Part shown: in pieces, positions 14,220 to 27,847 of the stretch
Position numbering within the stretch: position 1 is the first letter of the stretch
How the letters are laid out: every line of letters begins with the position of its first letter
Origin: Octopus sinensis
Taxonomy: Eukaryota
NCBI RefSeq assembly: GCF_006345805.1
Contig: NC_042998.1
Location: forward strand, 102,734,001 to 102,798,000
Direction: 5' to 3'
Length of the DNA: 64,000 nucleotides
The notes under the pieces: generated by a model
Seen by the model: the letters and a program-made list of their open reading frames with translations, nothing else
Databases searched by the model: none
What the model was told of the DNA's origin: nothing
Translations under genes and position numbers: made by a program

Positions 14220-14676
14220 AATAGGTTCATACATTCCAGCGACAGAGTCGGAGACCACCAAAATCATCTGGGATCTACCAGTCCAAACAAATTACGTGCT
14301 AGAGCATAACAGAACGGACCTAGTGGTGTCGGAGAAGGTGCACAACAAATTCTATATAGCTGACTTTGCATGCTTCTTTGACCCACAAATGATCAAGAAG
14401 GTTATCGAAAAGATAGACAGATACAACCCTCTTAACTACGAAATAACCCGGCTATGGAAAGTGAGGAAGGTGAAGATAGTGCCAATTATTGTTGGGTCCT
14501 TGAGAACAGTATCAGAAGGCATCAAGAAGAATATAAATAAAATTGGAATAATGTGCCAAATAAAACTCCTACAAAAGGCTTGTCTTCTTGGCACGGCCAC
14601 AATAATCAGGGAATTATTAGATAACTGAAAGCAATGAATAGCATGGTGCTTCAAGAAAACCTGTTATAAAGAGAAA

Positions 14677-14678
<2 letters not shown>
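14220..14678 (+). mobile_element. R4/Dong-type LINE 3' end (RLE domain), different subfamily
   Basis: KIIWDLPVQTNYVLEHNRTDLVV...VPIIVGSL...LQKACLLGTATIIR*, followed by (AAT)n. Confidence 0.85.
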
Positions 14679-14741
<63 letters not shown>

Positions 14742-14831
14742 AAGAAGAAGAAGAGAAGAAGAAGAAGAAGAAGAAGAAGAAGAAGAAGAAGAAGAAGAAG
14801 AAGAAGAAGAAGAAGAAGAAGAAGAAGAAGA
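14679..14831. repeat. (AAT)n-(GAA)n compound microsatellite
   Basis: Directly visible. Confidence 0.95.
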
Positions 14832-14849
14832 TGGAGGATAAGTAGAAAC

Positions 14850-15030
14850 CGAGCTGGAAGAAACGTTAGCGTGGTTCGTCCTGACGTTCTTTTCAAATTC
14901 CGCCGAGGTCGACTTTGTATCTTATACGTTCAAGATCGATCAAATTACTACCAATCAATCACTGACGTCGAGGAAATTGACTAACCGCCTACCCAAAACT
15001 TTCAGGTATTGTTCCTAAAGTAGAAAGGAT
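14850..15030 (+). mobile_element. SINE family A
   Basis: gagctggaagaaacgttagc...ttcaaattccgccgaggtcgactttg...gtagaaaggattat. Confidence 0.75.
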
Positions 15031-15914
15031 TATCATTATTATTAATATTATAAAAAATTATAGGGAGAACCCAGATTAAAGTAGCCCTATTGGATTCCAT
15101 CCACAATCACCGGATTTCAATTCAGTTGAGTTACATGATTAATTATGTGGTAATTTGTAAGGATACAATTTTTCTGCCATTAGCGATGAAAGTGTTAAGC
15201 ACAATTTACTTGAAGAATTATTCAAAATATCCACATATATATGTATATGAGTGTGTGTGTGTGTGTGTGTATTGGTATGTATGTATTATGTATGCATATA
15301 TGTATATATTGATACACATATGCACACACGATTATATACTCATTGGCGTAACTGATGGAGGAATGTCGGGAGCGTTGGGAAGGGAGAGTTACTGTAATTA
15401 CTGACCTAGTGAGAATTTGAGGAAACAGTCATTACTAGGTAAATAATCTAGTCTAGCGATCAGCTGTCATATTGGCAGCTTGCTCTCTACTAGAATTATT
15501 AATTAAATAGTAATTATTGAAAGCGTGTAAATTTCCATCGATATCAATACGTCACGTAAAAAGTTTGTAGAATTTAGCAACACAGACTCTAAAGTATTCA
15601 TACATTTCATATTTCCGATATATAAAACTATAGACAAAATCTATGGCACTCGATGTATGCATTCGCGTTTCCAAACGCACACACATTCACACACCAGTAC
15701 ACCCATACAATCACATCTATGGTTGTTCTCCGCAGTCAAGAACTTTCAGACATGACTTGGATAGTCAGTAGAAGAATGTAGTCGGCCAAATAGTTTCTTT
15801 TTTTTTTACGTTTATAAATAGTATGATGAAAGCCAAGATCGATGCCGGTCAAATTTGGTTAATGAAATTTAAAAAGTGATTTTAATTTAGGTGTATAGTC
15901 AATAATTTCTGAAG

Positions 15915-16190
15915 AAACGGTTAGTCGATACCATCGACCCAGGTAGTTAACTGATACTTTATTTGATCGATCCAAGAGAGATGAAAGTGAGAATATGCTA
16001 TTGCAGAATTTGCAGACAGAAATATAAGACCGAAAGTATTCTGCGAATAATTTTTTCGACGCCTTAACGACACTGCCGATGCACTACTTGGTTTTCCATA
16101 TCAGCGTAAGGCCTACAAATTTGAGGGGAAGGTTTATTTAATACCGACGATCTCATAACTTGACTGGTAATTATTTCTCACCCTCGAGAA
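15915..16190 (-). mobile_element. Two degenerate tandem SINE family A copies
   Basis: ttagtcgataccatcgacccagg...gatgaaag, then a second 3' piece aaggcctacaaatttgaggggaagg. Confidence 0.55.
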
Positions 16191-17194
16191 AAAGATTTCT
16201 GCATGATAATATATTTGAAATGTAAAAAAAAGCTTAATGTATAAATGTCGACATCTCAATTAATTTATTTGTATCTTCTTACATATAAGAATGTAATTTA
16301 TTACTTTTAGAGTTCACTCTTGCCACTATATTTCATTTTATTTTATATAACACGAAGACGTATTCATCAGGTATTTATTATAATTTTCATAGCTACATGC
16401 TTATTAATATCAATTTCTGTTATAGAAACTTCAAATTCTTTACACTGTTGTCGCTAACTGTCAAAATTATTTGAGAGAAATTTCAGTAATAACAATATTC
16501 TGTGAAATGATTACAATTCTAATAATTAATTATTGTAATAATAACTATTCTTAGGTGTAAAAGAAATTTATTGAGTATATTTATATATACATGTGTGTGT
16601 GTGTGTGTGAGTGTGTGTGTGTGTGTGAGTGTGTGTGTATGTGTGTGTATACCAACGTATAAACACACACATATATCTGCATATACATATCGCAACAAAT
16701 ATATATAAATATGCAAGTGAAATATAAATATGCAAGTCAAGCATTGGGAATAAATTAAATTCCACCTGTAAATGAATATAATTAGGATAGAAAAGTAAAT
16801 TAGTTTCACACTACCATAAAGAATGTTCCCCAAAAGAAAATTATCACCCGATTTCAAATCACAATTAATTGTCCATTATTTATGTTTTGTTTTCTTTTTC
16901 TTTTGCACTCATTCATATTTCACATCAATAGACTTCACAGAGCTATATATATATTGAAAATATTTTAGTATAGAAAATGCTGGATAATATTATAAGTTAA
17001 GGCACATTTCGCGGCATATCAGATTATCTCAGGAAAGGACTGTATTCTGTAGATTTGACTTCCGTGCACGACTAATATTGAACTCATCTAACTTGTATTA
17101 GTATGTTGCGAAGGATGAATTTGAGCTCAGAGACTTTGGGACAATATTTCTGGAATCTATAATAATTAAACCATTTTGTGGAAATGTTATATGC

Positions 17195-17350
17195 GCAGGC
17201 GTGTCTACGTGGTAAGAAGTTTGCTTACCAACCTCATGATTCAGTCCCGCTGCGTGACACCTTCGCAAGCGTCTTGTAATATAGCTCCTGTTCACCAAAC
17301 CCTTGTGAGTGTATTTGGTAGATGGAAACTGAAAGAAGCTCGTCGTGTAT
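17195..17350 (+). mobile_element. tRNA-derived SINE family B, 5' half
   Basis: gcgcaggcgtg...ggtaagaagtttgctt...ttcagtcccgctgcgtg...ggaaactgaaagaagc matches the reverse complement of 27848-28247. Confidence 0.8.
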
Positions 17351-17366
17351 ATATATATACATATAT

Positions 17367-17575
17367 AAAGTTAATCCAAACAAGAAAACACAAAAAAACA
17401 CAACAACGCGAGGACGTGGAACAGATATAGTATTATTGGACGCTCAGGAAAGAAGGAAAGAAGGAGGGTTTAACGTTTCTAGCGGAGATATTCGTCGGAA
17501 ACATAGGAGAAGGAAAGATCCAGAGAAGGGAAGACAGAGGAAAAAAATCGCCAACGGTACACACGAGGTCATATA
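17367..17575 (-). mobile_element. Probable solo PLE pseudo-LTR containing a hammerhead-like motif
   Basis: Minus strand 17502-17468: GTTT-CCGACGA-ATATCTCCGCTA-GAAA-CG-TT-AAAC; the 3' end runs into (TA)n. Confidence 0.55.
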
Positions 17576-18027
17576 AAAGAGTAAACAACTGTAAATTAAT
17601 ACTTATAACCTGAAAGTTATGCACGTTTTGAGTTCCCAATATTTAATTTATCGCAAATTCATTACAGATAATATTTCGAAATGTTTCTTTTGTTTACCTA
17701 AGGTAAAATCAACAAAATGAACATTTAATTATAGAAATGCCTTTCATATATCGACTTTCAATAGTGTCGGACAGCAGTTCTCTAGCAAATACACTCACAC
17801 GAAGCTGTCCAGAACAAAGTTTTGAGAAGCGCCGGTCGGTATTAAACTAAACGGGAAGCACAGTTAATATTTGGGGGTATGTATCTGCCAGCAAAGACTG
17901 GTATTATTGTTAGTACCTGTTAAATATTCGACTCCTCACTTCTAAGAAATGAGAAGTCGTGAAGAACTGAGACATACTTCGTACACTAGCTCGAACAAAG
18001 ATGAAAATCTATAAACTTTCCTACCTA

Positions 18028-19663
18028 TACTGCCGTCCAAAAATGTTGATACACCATGTAATTATAGAAAGAAACATAATTAAATTTATAATGTGACGAC
18101 ACATAACTAAATTGATATATAATGCCGTCTTTACGTCTGTTTGCGTTCTAAGTTCAAATTCCGCCGTGGTTGACTTTATCTTTCATCCTTTCGGGGGGTT
18201 GATAAATTAATTGCCAGTTACATACTGGGGTCGGTTTAATCGACTGGCCCCCTCCCGAAAACTTTCAGGCTTTGTACCTTGAATAGAAAAAAATATATAT
18301 TGTTCTTTCATCAAAAAACTATTTCTAACTATATAATTCATACAAAATCTATATCATAATTACATGTATGTCTCCTCAAAATCACCACTTGTTTTTACAA
18401 TAACGGCATCGCTTATTCTCGGTAATTTATTGATCAGTGACGTTAAATATTGACGGGATTAATTCATTCCGTGCTCCTTTTAAGAGAAGCCTCATATTGT
18501 TAGAATTTCCAGGCAGCACTGATTTCACTGTTCTGTCGAAGTCATGTCATTATAAGAGGATTGAGGTCGGGGTACCGAGGTAGGGGAGCAATTCGTTATT
18601 TCAGGTATATTATTTTCTTTTTTATTCTTTACATGATACACGTAGTACTTATTTCTCCGATCATGCGTAATCCGCTTGGACAGTGTACGTCTCTGTAAAA
18701 TGGAATGGTATCATGTTGGGTTCATGATACCGTCAATTACACGTCTTATCACGAGCAAAATCTTATCGCCCCGCGCTATTACCGAACCTCCTCCATGCTT
18801 AATAGTTGTAACAACACACTAAGGGGCTATTCCTTCTTTCTTTCTAAAGATCATTTCCGTACACTGTTTTTTTTTTGTGGGCCAGATATTTCAAATTTTG
18901 ATTCATCCGTTCAAAGCAACTTTTTCTTATCTACTATGATGTAATTTCTGTATTTTCCCAAGGTAAAACATTATTTTTGTTTACCTTTCTTAATAAGGGC
19001 TTGTAGCGGCACATCGGCCTTCTAATTCTGCATCAGAAAGCCTTCATTTCACTATTGTGGCAGACACAGATGATCCCGTTGCTTCATTAAGTGTCGTTGT
19101 AACTTGCGAAGCTGTTAAACCTCTGTATTCAAGATCTGTGGGTTTAGTGTAATGGTATTGATATTTTATAGTGAATTCTGGTAATCAAAAGACATATCAT
19201 GAACAGAAACATTCAATCTAGTTTTTCTTATTGAATATACCTCCTCTGAAAGAGTTATGATTTTTGTCATTTTTCAAGTGTTAATTCAATTTCTGATAAA
19301 AGAGAATTATTATAATTTAAAATAAAAATATTCAGCATGTGATTTTATCAATTTCTTCAGAAATATATTCATATTGAAATGAAACTGATCAAAGCTAAAC
19401 TTTGTGACACAACATTTAGTATTATTTTTAAACGCCAACACACGATTTCTATTCCATTGATCTAATAGAGTTTCTGTAACCTAAAAGTGCTATAGTCTCT
19501 GAAAAGACTTAATTAGTGCAAATAAGTGAATATGTCTTTATATGTGTGTTTGTTTGTATTATTTACAATTAGTATTATATTGATATATTTGTAATATTTG
19601 ATGTTCCATAATGACTGCGAACGTTAAAACATTTAAGTACACCCAAACGTTTGGACGGTAGTG
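18028..19663 (-). mobile_element. Tc1-like DNA transposon, degenerate
   Basis: TIRs tactgccgtccaaaa (18028) and tttggacggtagtg (ending 19663). Minus-strand motifs TDESKFEISG, HGGGSV, PDLNP. Confidence 0.8.
18125..18290 (+). mobile_element. SINE family A nested in the Tc1 element
   Basis: gttcaaattccgccgtggttgactttatctttcatcctttcggggggttgataaattaa. Confidence 0.85.
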
Positions 19664-20784
19664 CAAAAACTTTTATATTACTCATATTATGTTGTTCTAT
19701 TCCGTGTTAAAGAACGATAATGTGAAGCCTCACCCAACGCTAATATTTAAAATATGTTTCCAGTACCAAATTTAGGATTTAGGATTATGAACTGTTGTGG
19801 CATACAGAAAACAACTGCATATTTATATTGCTTAATCAAAATGCACAATAGACAAAATGGTTAACACATACGAAGGAATGCAGCAAGAAAGGCTCAATTC
19901 AGTTTTTATGGGGTTATACATATGCTTAAATTGGATGTTAAAGGTGTATGTATTTCATTTGATTTCATAAAATCTGGATTACATTTACACGATCTCCAGA
20001 TAATTCATTCAACTAACAATTAATTCTCCTTTCTTGAGAAATGACTCACATATATGAAACACACTGACGTATTTGTGAAAAGACAGATGCGGCGTAGAAA
20101 ATTGTGTGACATCCACAGCCATATCTCCATACTTTTTTTTCATATATTTTTCTAAACCTATGCAACTTTGGTGTCTATCACAAGCATCGGTACGGTGCAA
20201 TTTGTATTAATGATCTATCAGTAGGCCAATTTCACTATCAATAATTTTGTGGGGAAAATGTGGGGGCATTTCTGTGTTGGTATATATGAATAACTGTTCG
20301 TGTATATACATGCCTGCGTTTGTGAATGTGTTTATAATTCACGGTGAAATAATTGGAAATGAATTTCACTCCGAACATTTAATGAAATATTTAAACGAAA
20401 TATCAAATCATGTACGGAAAAAGGACGAAACACACGATAGCTCTTTGTTTCACTTAAGCCTCATCAACTGTTTGAGTTACCTTCACGCATAGACGTACTT
20501 GCTTTTATCTAATATATATTTATAATCGAAAATGAGTTTCTGTGCATTGTTTACACACTTTAATAATTTTTGTTGAGAGATGAACAAGTAAATAAATGAA
20601 AGTATTATGATGCTTTTCAAGAACAGCCATCCGTGAAGTAAAGAATAAAATTATATCACGATAAAGTCGATAATTTGATACAAAAAAATATTAGTGAAGT
20701 TAATAATTAAAAAATAAATATATTCTGATATTCCATGTAAATATATATATACATGCGTATATGCGTATGAATATGCTTGGATAT

Positions 20785-20837
20785 ATATATACACATACAT
20801 TTACATACCTATATATATATATATATATACATATATA

Positions 20838-20897
<60 letters not shown>

Positions 20898-20950
20898 TAT
20901 GTGTGTGTATATATATATGTGTATTATGTGTATGTATGTATTTATGTGTG
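20785..20950. repeat. (TA)n-rich compound microsatellite
   Basis: Directly visible. Confidence 0.9.
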
Positions 20951-22829
20951 CGTACGTATTTATACTATTTGTCTGTATATAACCAACAATATTAAATAAA
21001 ATCCATTTCGATGAAACGAAAGGGAAAAAGTTCTTCATTTAAATGTAATAATAGCAAACGCATATTTTTGATAAGATAATTATTTCATTATTGAAAGCAT
21101 AGGGGGAAAATCTAATCAGCTGCTTCATTTTGAAAACGTTATTGTTTGATAATTTCATAATAAAAATTCAATAGAATATTGTTATATAAAGTTTGGCTTT
21201 AAAATAAATGAATGCTTTCGTCATTTTATAACCCTATATCGAGCAACGAAATAACTCACGTAGAATGTTCAGTTCGATACCTGGATTAAAATTATTGAAA
21301 AGTCGATTGTGATTTTTAGATTATATAAATCGACCATAAATCTATCTTATGCCAATTTATTTTGCATACGAAACATATATATCTCACAATTCTGTATGTA
21401 AGTAACTCTTTGCCTTAGTTATATACTATTCGTTATAAATGATTTCTTAACCTGCGAAGTATACGTCCTTAAGTATTCAGATAACCTCAATATGCAATTC
21501 TTTGAATATAATACTAGTTTGAAGCAACTTTCTAAAGCTACTATAGTGAGAAATGATGTGACAATATGTCATGATAACCCTTATCTCAGTTTCTTCTCCC
21601 CGATCAATATTTATTTCATTCACTTACTTTGATTTTAAATATTATTGAACTCCTACATTAAATGCAGATTTTGCATGAGTGAATATAGATAAGAAGGTAT
21701 AGACGTATATCAAGTGTCTTGTAGAAACGTAGTCATTAATGAATTTTATGCTTAATTTCTCAGCAGAATTGAATTGTTATAGGATCCTCAATAAACCAAA
21801 TTACAATCACTTCTTTCGGAAATGATACAATACATTTAAATGCCGTTCTATTTTCGTTTTCTTTTCAATAGTTGACATAATAAACAAAAGTGTATAAAAC
21901 TGTTTTATTACATTGAATACCTCAATAGTGTCCATGATATTAGACCATTCATGATCTGCTTAAATCAGTAAGGAGATAATTAATATGCTATTATATATAA
22001 CTCTTTAATTTCCTGAAATAAAAGTTGCACTTTTATTATTATTTCTTTAAAAAAATATGGTATCGAGAAACGATATAGTTAAATAACATTCTTAGGCAAT
22101 ATGATAGTGTAGCGTAAAATAATGAAAATATGAAACTAAGCAGTTTTATAAAAAGTATAGTTAACTTCAGTGATGCAGAATAAAAACAGAAAAGAATTTA
22201 CAAATAAAGGGAATTGAATTATATTACACTGGGGTTACAAGCCTTGGAATTTTAAGCATTTTCTGCAAAAAAATGTATTTGATGTAATGACACCATATTT
22301 TTGAAGAAAATTTCACCATAAGAAGAATAATTACTGCATGCTGTAAAGTTATGAACCTACAAATATGATCATTTTGAGAAGTAAGATAAAAAAAAGTATG
22401 AGAAGCAATGTTTAAAGTAAAACTTATGATTAGTTACGGTTGTAGTCTGGGTTTAACAAGTTATTCTACATTTTCTCTACGATTTTGTTCTAATTATTTG
22501 CACAATGACAATAAATAAAGCAAAATTCCATGTTCAGAGTTATTCCCTCCGGAATCTATTGTCTTTTATGTTTTATATGATTAATTCTTGTTTTTTGGTG
22601 CAGCCTCGCAGTGCAATGGTATCTATAAATCTGCGTGTTTGAGAAAAAAACATTATTTACTTAAATTCCTTATGGACATATACAGGCTAAATAAATCTTA
22701 CTAATAACAATTACATGGTTCAAAGTAAATTCCTTTTAAATTCAAATGTAAATTTGAAGATAGTGATTTCAGTTGAAGTTTCGCTCATATATTAACGTCA
22801 CAAAAATAATATTTTCCTCATAAATTCGT

Positions 22830-23045
22830 GATCGATGCCAGGCTCGCCTGACTGGCTCCTGTGCCGGTGGCACGTAAAAAGCACCTACTATACTCTCGGG
22901 GAGGTTGGCGTTAGGAAGGGCATCAAGCTGTTGAAAATTTGTGAGCTTAGATTGGAGCTTGGTGCAGCCGCTGGCTCTCCAGACCTCAGGCAAACCGCCC
23001 AGCCCATGGCAACATGGAAAACAGACGTTAATCGATGATGATGAA
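22830..23045 (+). mobile_element. SINE/RTE-tail-like repeat ending in (GAT)n
   Basis: ctgactggctcctgtgccggtggcacgtaaaaagcacc...ggcgttaggaagggcatc...catggaaaacagacgttaatcgatgatgatg; typical RTE-partnered 3' tail. Confidence 0.7.
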
Positions 23046-23234
23046 ATCGGATTGCATGTGTATATATGTATGTGTACCTGGGGGGGGGGGGTATGTTAAA
23101 GTATGTTGAGTTGTGGTCTGTATTTTTGAATAAGTATATTTTCCTTATTTGTTCGTGTTTAGTCAGTGCTGCTGTCTGGTCATTGGTACCGTGGGAAAAC
23201 TAGGAATTTAGGCGGTTTGTTTTGTGCACATACA

Positions 23235-23860
23235 TCCACATGCAATACAATTCTAGCAATCACAGCCAACACTCACAGACACACACACATATGTAAACAC
23301 GTACATGCACACACCTACACACGCCACCCTGACAATTACAAGACACACTCACACAAACATGCCCATCCACAAAAACACACACCACCCTGACAAATACACG
23401 ACACATAGACACGCTCACACAAACACACCCACACGTATAAACACACACTGCAGAAACAATATAAACAAAACACTCACAATAATACACCCAAACATGCATG
23501 CACCACACAGAATAATAACATACACATTTGCACTCACACTTACACACACAGACTTCGCCACAACAAATATGGCACAGACACAAACATACACACGCACGAA
23601 AAAAACACACATATATACACGCAATACAATCCTAACAATGACATCAATCACTCACAGACACACACACACATACACACATGCATACACACACACAATAACA
23701 CACACCACTCTGACTAATACAAGGCACACTCACACAAGACACACTCACACAAACAAACCTACACGTATACACGCATACTGCACAAACAATACAAACAAAA
23801 CACTCACAATATTACACCCAAACATATGCACGCACCACACAGAATATCATACACATATGC
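23235..23860. repeat. CA-rich low-complexity region with an internal dimer (about 380-bp period)
   Basis: gcaatacaat...cactcacagacac occurs at about 23242 and 23621; acaaaacactcacaat...cacccaaacat also occurs twice. Confidence 0.8.
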
Positions 23861-24054
23861 GTTTACATGTGGCGTCAGTGTTCTGCGGTCATTTGCATGA
23901 ATTTAGAAAGAGACATGTAGCTCATCAAAGTAAAGCTGCATTTGAAAACAAATTTTTATAAATAAGCTTGTAAACTTTTATTACATCCACGTAATCCACG
24001 GTTAGCATCAAGGAACGCTTCAATACGGAATCGAAAGCATTTACATGTGCAAAT

Positions 24055-24217
24055 CATATGGTCTTTATCAATTTTGGGCATAATGATCATATGACCTTAT
24101 TAATTTGGGGCATAATGATAATATGATGTTTATCAAGTTTGGACATAATGATCATATGACCTTTGTCAATTTTGGGCATAATGCATATGGAAGACTTGGG
24201 CATATGGAAGACTGGGG
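24055..24217. repeat. Minisatellite: four 31-33-bp units plus two 17-bp units
   Basis: Unit catatgacctttatcaattttgggcataatgat, then catatggaagacttggg x2. Confidence 0.9.
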
Positions 24218-24364
24218 TGGTGATTGTCATCTTTCTCAACGACTACGTTCTATACGTGATAGACAAAACAATAACCCTTTCTTTAATAAATACTAGTTTG
24301 ATATTAATCTTATTAATCAGTAGACATAAAGAAACGTTACAATTTCTTGATTTCTATAAGTTAT

Positions 24365-24545
24365 TGTCCTGCACACGCGTAAACGAGAGCAGGGTATTGT
24401 AATCACTCATGTTTGTTTGTTTGTCTGTGTGTTTGCTAAATTAATGGGAAACGGCTGAACAGATTTTTACCAAATTCAGCAGAAACACTCTTTGGGAGAT
24501 TGGTTCGAAATTATGAAAATTTGGTTTGATTATCTTCAGACATAC
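24365..24545 (+). mobile_element. Helentron-associated/DINE-1-like non-autonomous element fragment
   Basis: cctgcacacgcgtaaacgagagcagggtattgtaatc + (GTTT)n + aaacggctgaacagattt...ccaaattc matches the typical DINE/HINE layout. Confidence 0.55.
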
Positions 24546-25127
24546 ATAAATAACTACATAGATATGCGACTCAGTGTGTGCGTCTGAGTACGCGCGCGTG
24601 TGTGTACAGTGATGGATTCGAGGGTTTCGTTTATTTACGAGCTGATTTCTTAATTTCACCGTAGTATAAATACCTATAATAGAAATACTTAACAAAAAAA
24701 AAAGAAAGAAATATGCGCGCAGGGATGCATAGTCCATCCCATGCCTTTTTCCCTCTTAGTTCTGTAACTTCCTTATTTCTTGTTTCCTTATTTCTGTAAC
24801 TTGTTATATCGTTGGTAGCTTTGAGTGATGATGTGCCCAAATATTAGAACGTGCATCAATGAATTATGTGCGTTATAAATAAGCGTCGTCTAAAGTTATG
24901 CATTGTTCCCACATGTCTAAAGACAGCAAAGATCAAATTATTCACATTAGAATTTACTACGACATATTGAGAAAGAGCACATAAGTTATTGATTCAACTC
25001 TCGCTGTTCTGCATGAAATTTAATAATCATATACGCCGGTGCGTGAGTGTGCATGTGCGTGAGTGTGCATGTGCGTGAGCGTCTGTGTTTCTATCTGTGT
25101 AGGCGCTTGTTCACGCGTGCTTTACTG

Positions 25128-25211
<84 letters not shown>

Positions 25212-25240
25212 ACTAGCTAGCTAGCTAGCTAGCTAGCTAT
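25128..25240. repeat. (TATC)n-(CTAG)n microsatellite
   Basis: Directly visible. Confidence 0.95.
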
Positions 25241-25457
25241 ATATCTATATATTTGACTCTCTGTCTGCCTGTCTTGTGGATGTCACAATAGGTATCTAAT
25301 TGCAAATGTAGCTTAGAGGTATAGTTAGATGTTGAGACAGAAGAGGATAATGTTAATATATTTACCAATGTATTAGTAAATCCTCATACTTACGAGTTGC
25401 TGCTGTAAAGCTTATTAAATTGTAAATATTATTTCAGCGTGATAAGTCCTGCAACAA

Positions 25458-25543
25458 GTACATACATACATGCGTACATACATGCATACATACATACAAA
25501 CATACATACATATATATATACATACAAACACATATACAATATG

Positions 25544-25575
<32 letters not shown>

Positions 25576-25644
25576 TGTATGTATGTATGTATATATATAC
25601 ATATATATGTATGTATATACATATATGTATATATATATATAATA

Positions 25645-25697
<53 letters not shown>

Positions 25698-25725
25698 AAA
25701 AATATATGTATATGTATGTATGCAT
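25458..25725. repeat. (CATA)n/(TATG)n/(TA)n compound microsatellite
   Basis: Directly visible. Confidence 0.9.
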
Positions 25726-26454
25726 ATGAATGAAAATTATGTTGAATATTTTTTAATGTTTTATTTTTATACCTTCAGGAAAGCATAATATAAGTATATA
25801 TGTTTTAACTTTATCGAGAGTAAGTAAATACGTACCTAAACTGTGCACATTAGTATGTTAATATAATACATTCAGGATAAGTAACGAATGAATTCTATCT
25901 GCTTTTCCTTGAGGGAATAATAACAGATTTGAAATGTGGAATTTGGATGTATTTCTTGTATTACATTTATTGCCGCTGGTCGAAAATGATTTCGAGGACC
26001 TTGCTTGAATATTAGCGCTGAGAACCGCGTAATAGTTAAATGTATATATATATATATGAATTATGAAGAACGTAGTTGTAAAATCCACTTGCCCATACAT
26101 AAAACTCAAATGTTCACTTGCACTCACATAAGAGCATTAGTTTGTAAGGAAGCGAAAACATTGAGAAAATATAAGAATTTAAGTTTACACACTAGAGTGT
26201 CTGTGATTTTACTTGATAATTCTGAAAAAGTCTGACTTTCCACTGTAGTCTCTACAAAGTAAAACTAAAACAAAGTAAAACTAAAACAAAGTAAAACTAA
26301 TAATGCGATTTAATAATTTACATTACTTTATTTTGATTTTGGTTCGTTATTCTGCTGAGTTTCCATCAGGGAATCTATCTTTCTGTCCTTACATGCACAA
26401 TATAAACTGGAACGCCTTTGAAACTCTGATGATAGAGAAAAAGAGTTTGATCAA

Positions 26455-26783
26455 AACAAGTGCACTGAGTAGCTAGAGATGATTCTTAAAATGAGAATAT
26501 CTGAAATAAACTCGACTGCTCACATAAGCGAGAATACGAAAATTAAACCCGACCACTCTCCAAAATTAATTAAAAAAAGCAGAAAAATAATCCAGAATCC
26601 TTATCCGACATCGGATTGATCGCAAAATCTACTCAGTACGTGGCAGTCATGAGGCCAAACATCCCTGAATGCTTCATCCGAATCCATTCAGCGATTCTTG
26701 AGATATCTTGTCTACGGAAAAGCAACCTAACAAACACGACTGAAGACAATATTTCCACCTTCGCCAAGGCGGACGTAATAATC
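26455..26783 (-). mobile_element. Helentron-associated/DINE-1-like non-autonomous element
   Basis: Minus strand begins ttattacgtccgccttggcgaaggtggaaatattgtcttcagtcgtgtttg...gatatctcaagaatcgctgaatggattcggatgaa, with a subterminal inverted repeat. Confidence 0.65.
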
Positions 26784-27111
26784 ACGTCTTATGATATCCA
26801 TTCTTGGGAATACAGTTGAAATAATAAAGATACAAAATACCACATCATATTCGACGATAGACAATTGGTTTGTTTGCAGTGTAATGAAGCAAAAATAGAT
26901 ATCTAAGTGTATGTGCAATTGCAACAACGTTAAAAAAGCTCAAAACTGTTTGCCCTTGCTTTTGTTGTGTGTGTATGTGTATTTCGTGTTGTTCTCTGCC
27001 AAAGTATCCATCTTATTTGCTCCTTTTCGGTAAATTCTCGTTGTTTATTGAGAACGCAAATTACTATTATGTTCAAAGGTGGCGTCATGTAGTTTGAGTG
27101 CGACGTAAAAC

Positions 27112-27113
<2 letters not shown>

Positions 27114-27192
<79 letters not shown>
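27114..27192. repeat. (GA)n microsatellite
   Basis: Directly visible. Confidence 0.97.
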
Positions 27193-27197
<5 letters not shown>

Positions 27198-27529
27198 TTA
27201 GAGCAATCATATCGGATACATGAATTCGACTTCTATGGTATGCATAGCCCGAAAAAGTTTGTCAGCTATAAGTAATATTTAGAAATACGTCCAAACTTAG
27301 CGAAATACAAAAAAGATCAAACTACAATATGAGGGAATGGTGAAAAATTTGCTTTGCAATGTGAATATCTTCAGTTCGATCCAAGCATTGTGAATGTAAT
27401 TTCTTTTCCCTCGTATTCTATAATATATCGGGTGTTCTTGTCATGGGATATTTGAAATATGCTGAAGGATTGGTTGGTTCTGAAGCACAGTATTGGGTCA
27501 TCGATCTAGGCCATAGCTACAATATCACA

Positions 27530-27720
27530 TTTATACTATAGGCACATGGCCTGAAATTTGGTTGGAGGAGATTGGTCGATTAGATCGACTCCAGTACGTT
27601 ATCGACCCCGAAAGGATGAAAGGCAAAGCCAACCTCGGCGGAATTTGAACTCAGAACATAACGACAGACCGCTAAGCATTTCGCCCGGCATGCTAACGAT
27701 TCTGCCATCTCGCCGCCTAC
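27530..27720 (-). mobile_element. SINE family A, near full length
   Basis: tcgaccccgaaaggatgaaaggcaaagccaacctcggcggaatttgaactcag...gctaacgattctgccatctcgcc. Confidence 0.9.
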
Positions 27721-27847
27721 TTATGTATATTTTATGCTTCAAAAATTAGTGTTTGACATTTAACTTTGTTTTCGACAGCCATTTAGAAAACCGAGCTGAT
27801 AGAATCTTTCTGCTTGTCTGTGGAATGCACACACAATATATCTCTCT

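Noticed and set aside
13969-14628. 219-aa ORF as a single gene
   Set aside because: Chimeric: the N-half is antisense of an RT fragment and the C-half is the RLE of another LINE.
20009-20200. ORF with DRHQ..KYMKKKY resembling a transposase-like motif or exon
   Set aside because: Short, no supporting neighbouring motifs or convincing splice sites.
23305-23961. 218-aa His/Thr-rich ORF
   Set aside because: Arises from CA-rich low complexity, which lacks stop codons by composition.
24055-24190. CRISPR-like array of ~33-bp units
   Set aside because: Units are contiguous with no unique spacers, context is eukaryotic and there are no cas genes.
26935-27115. Possible minus-strand promoter/first exon next to (GA)n
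   Set aside because: Only a 23-codon ORF and generic motifs; unsupported.
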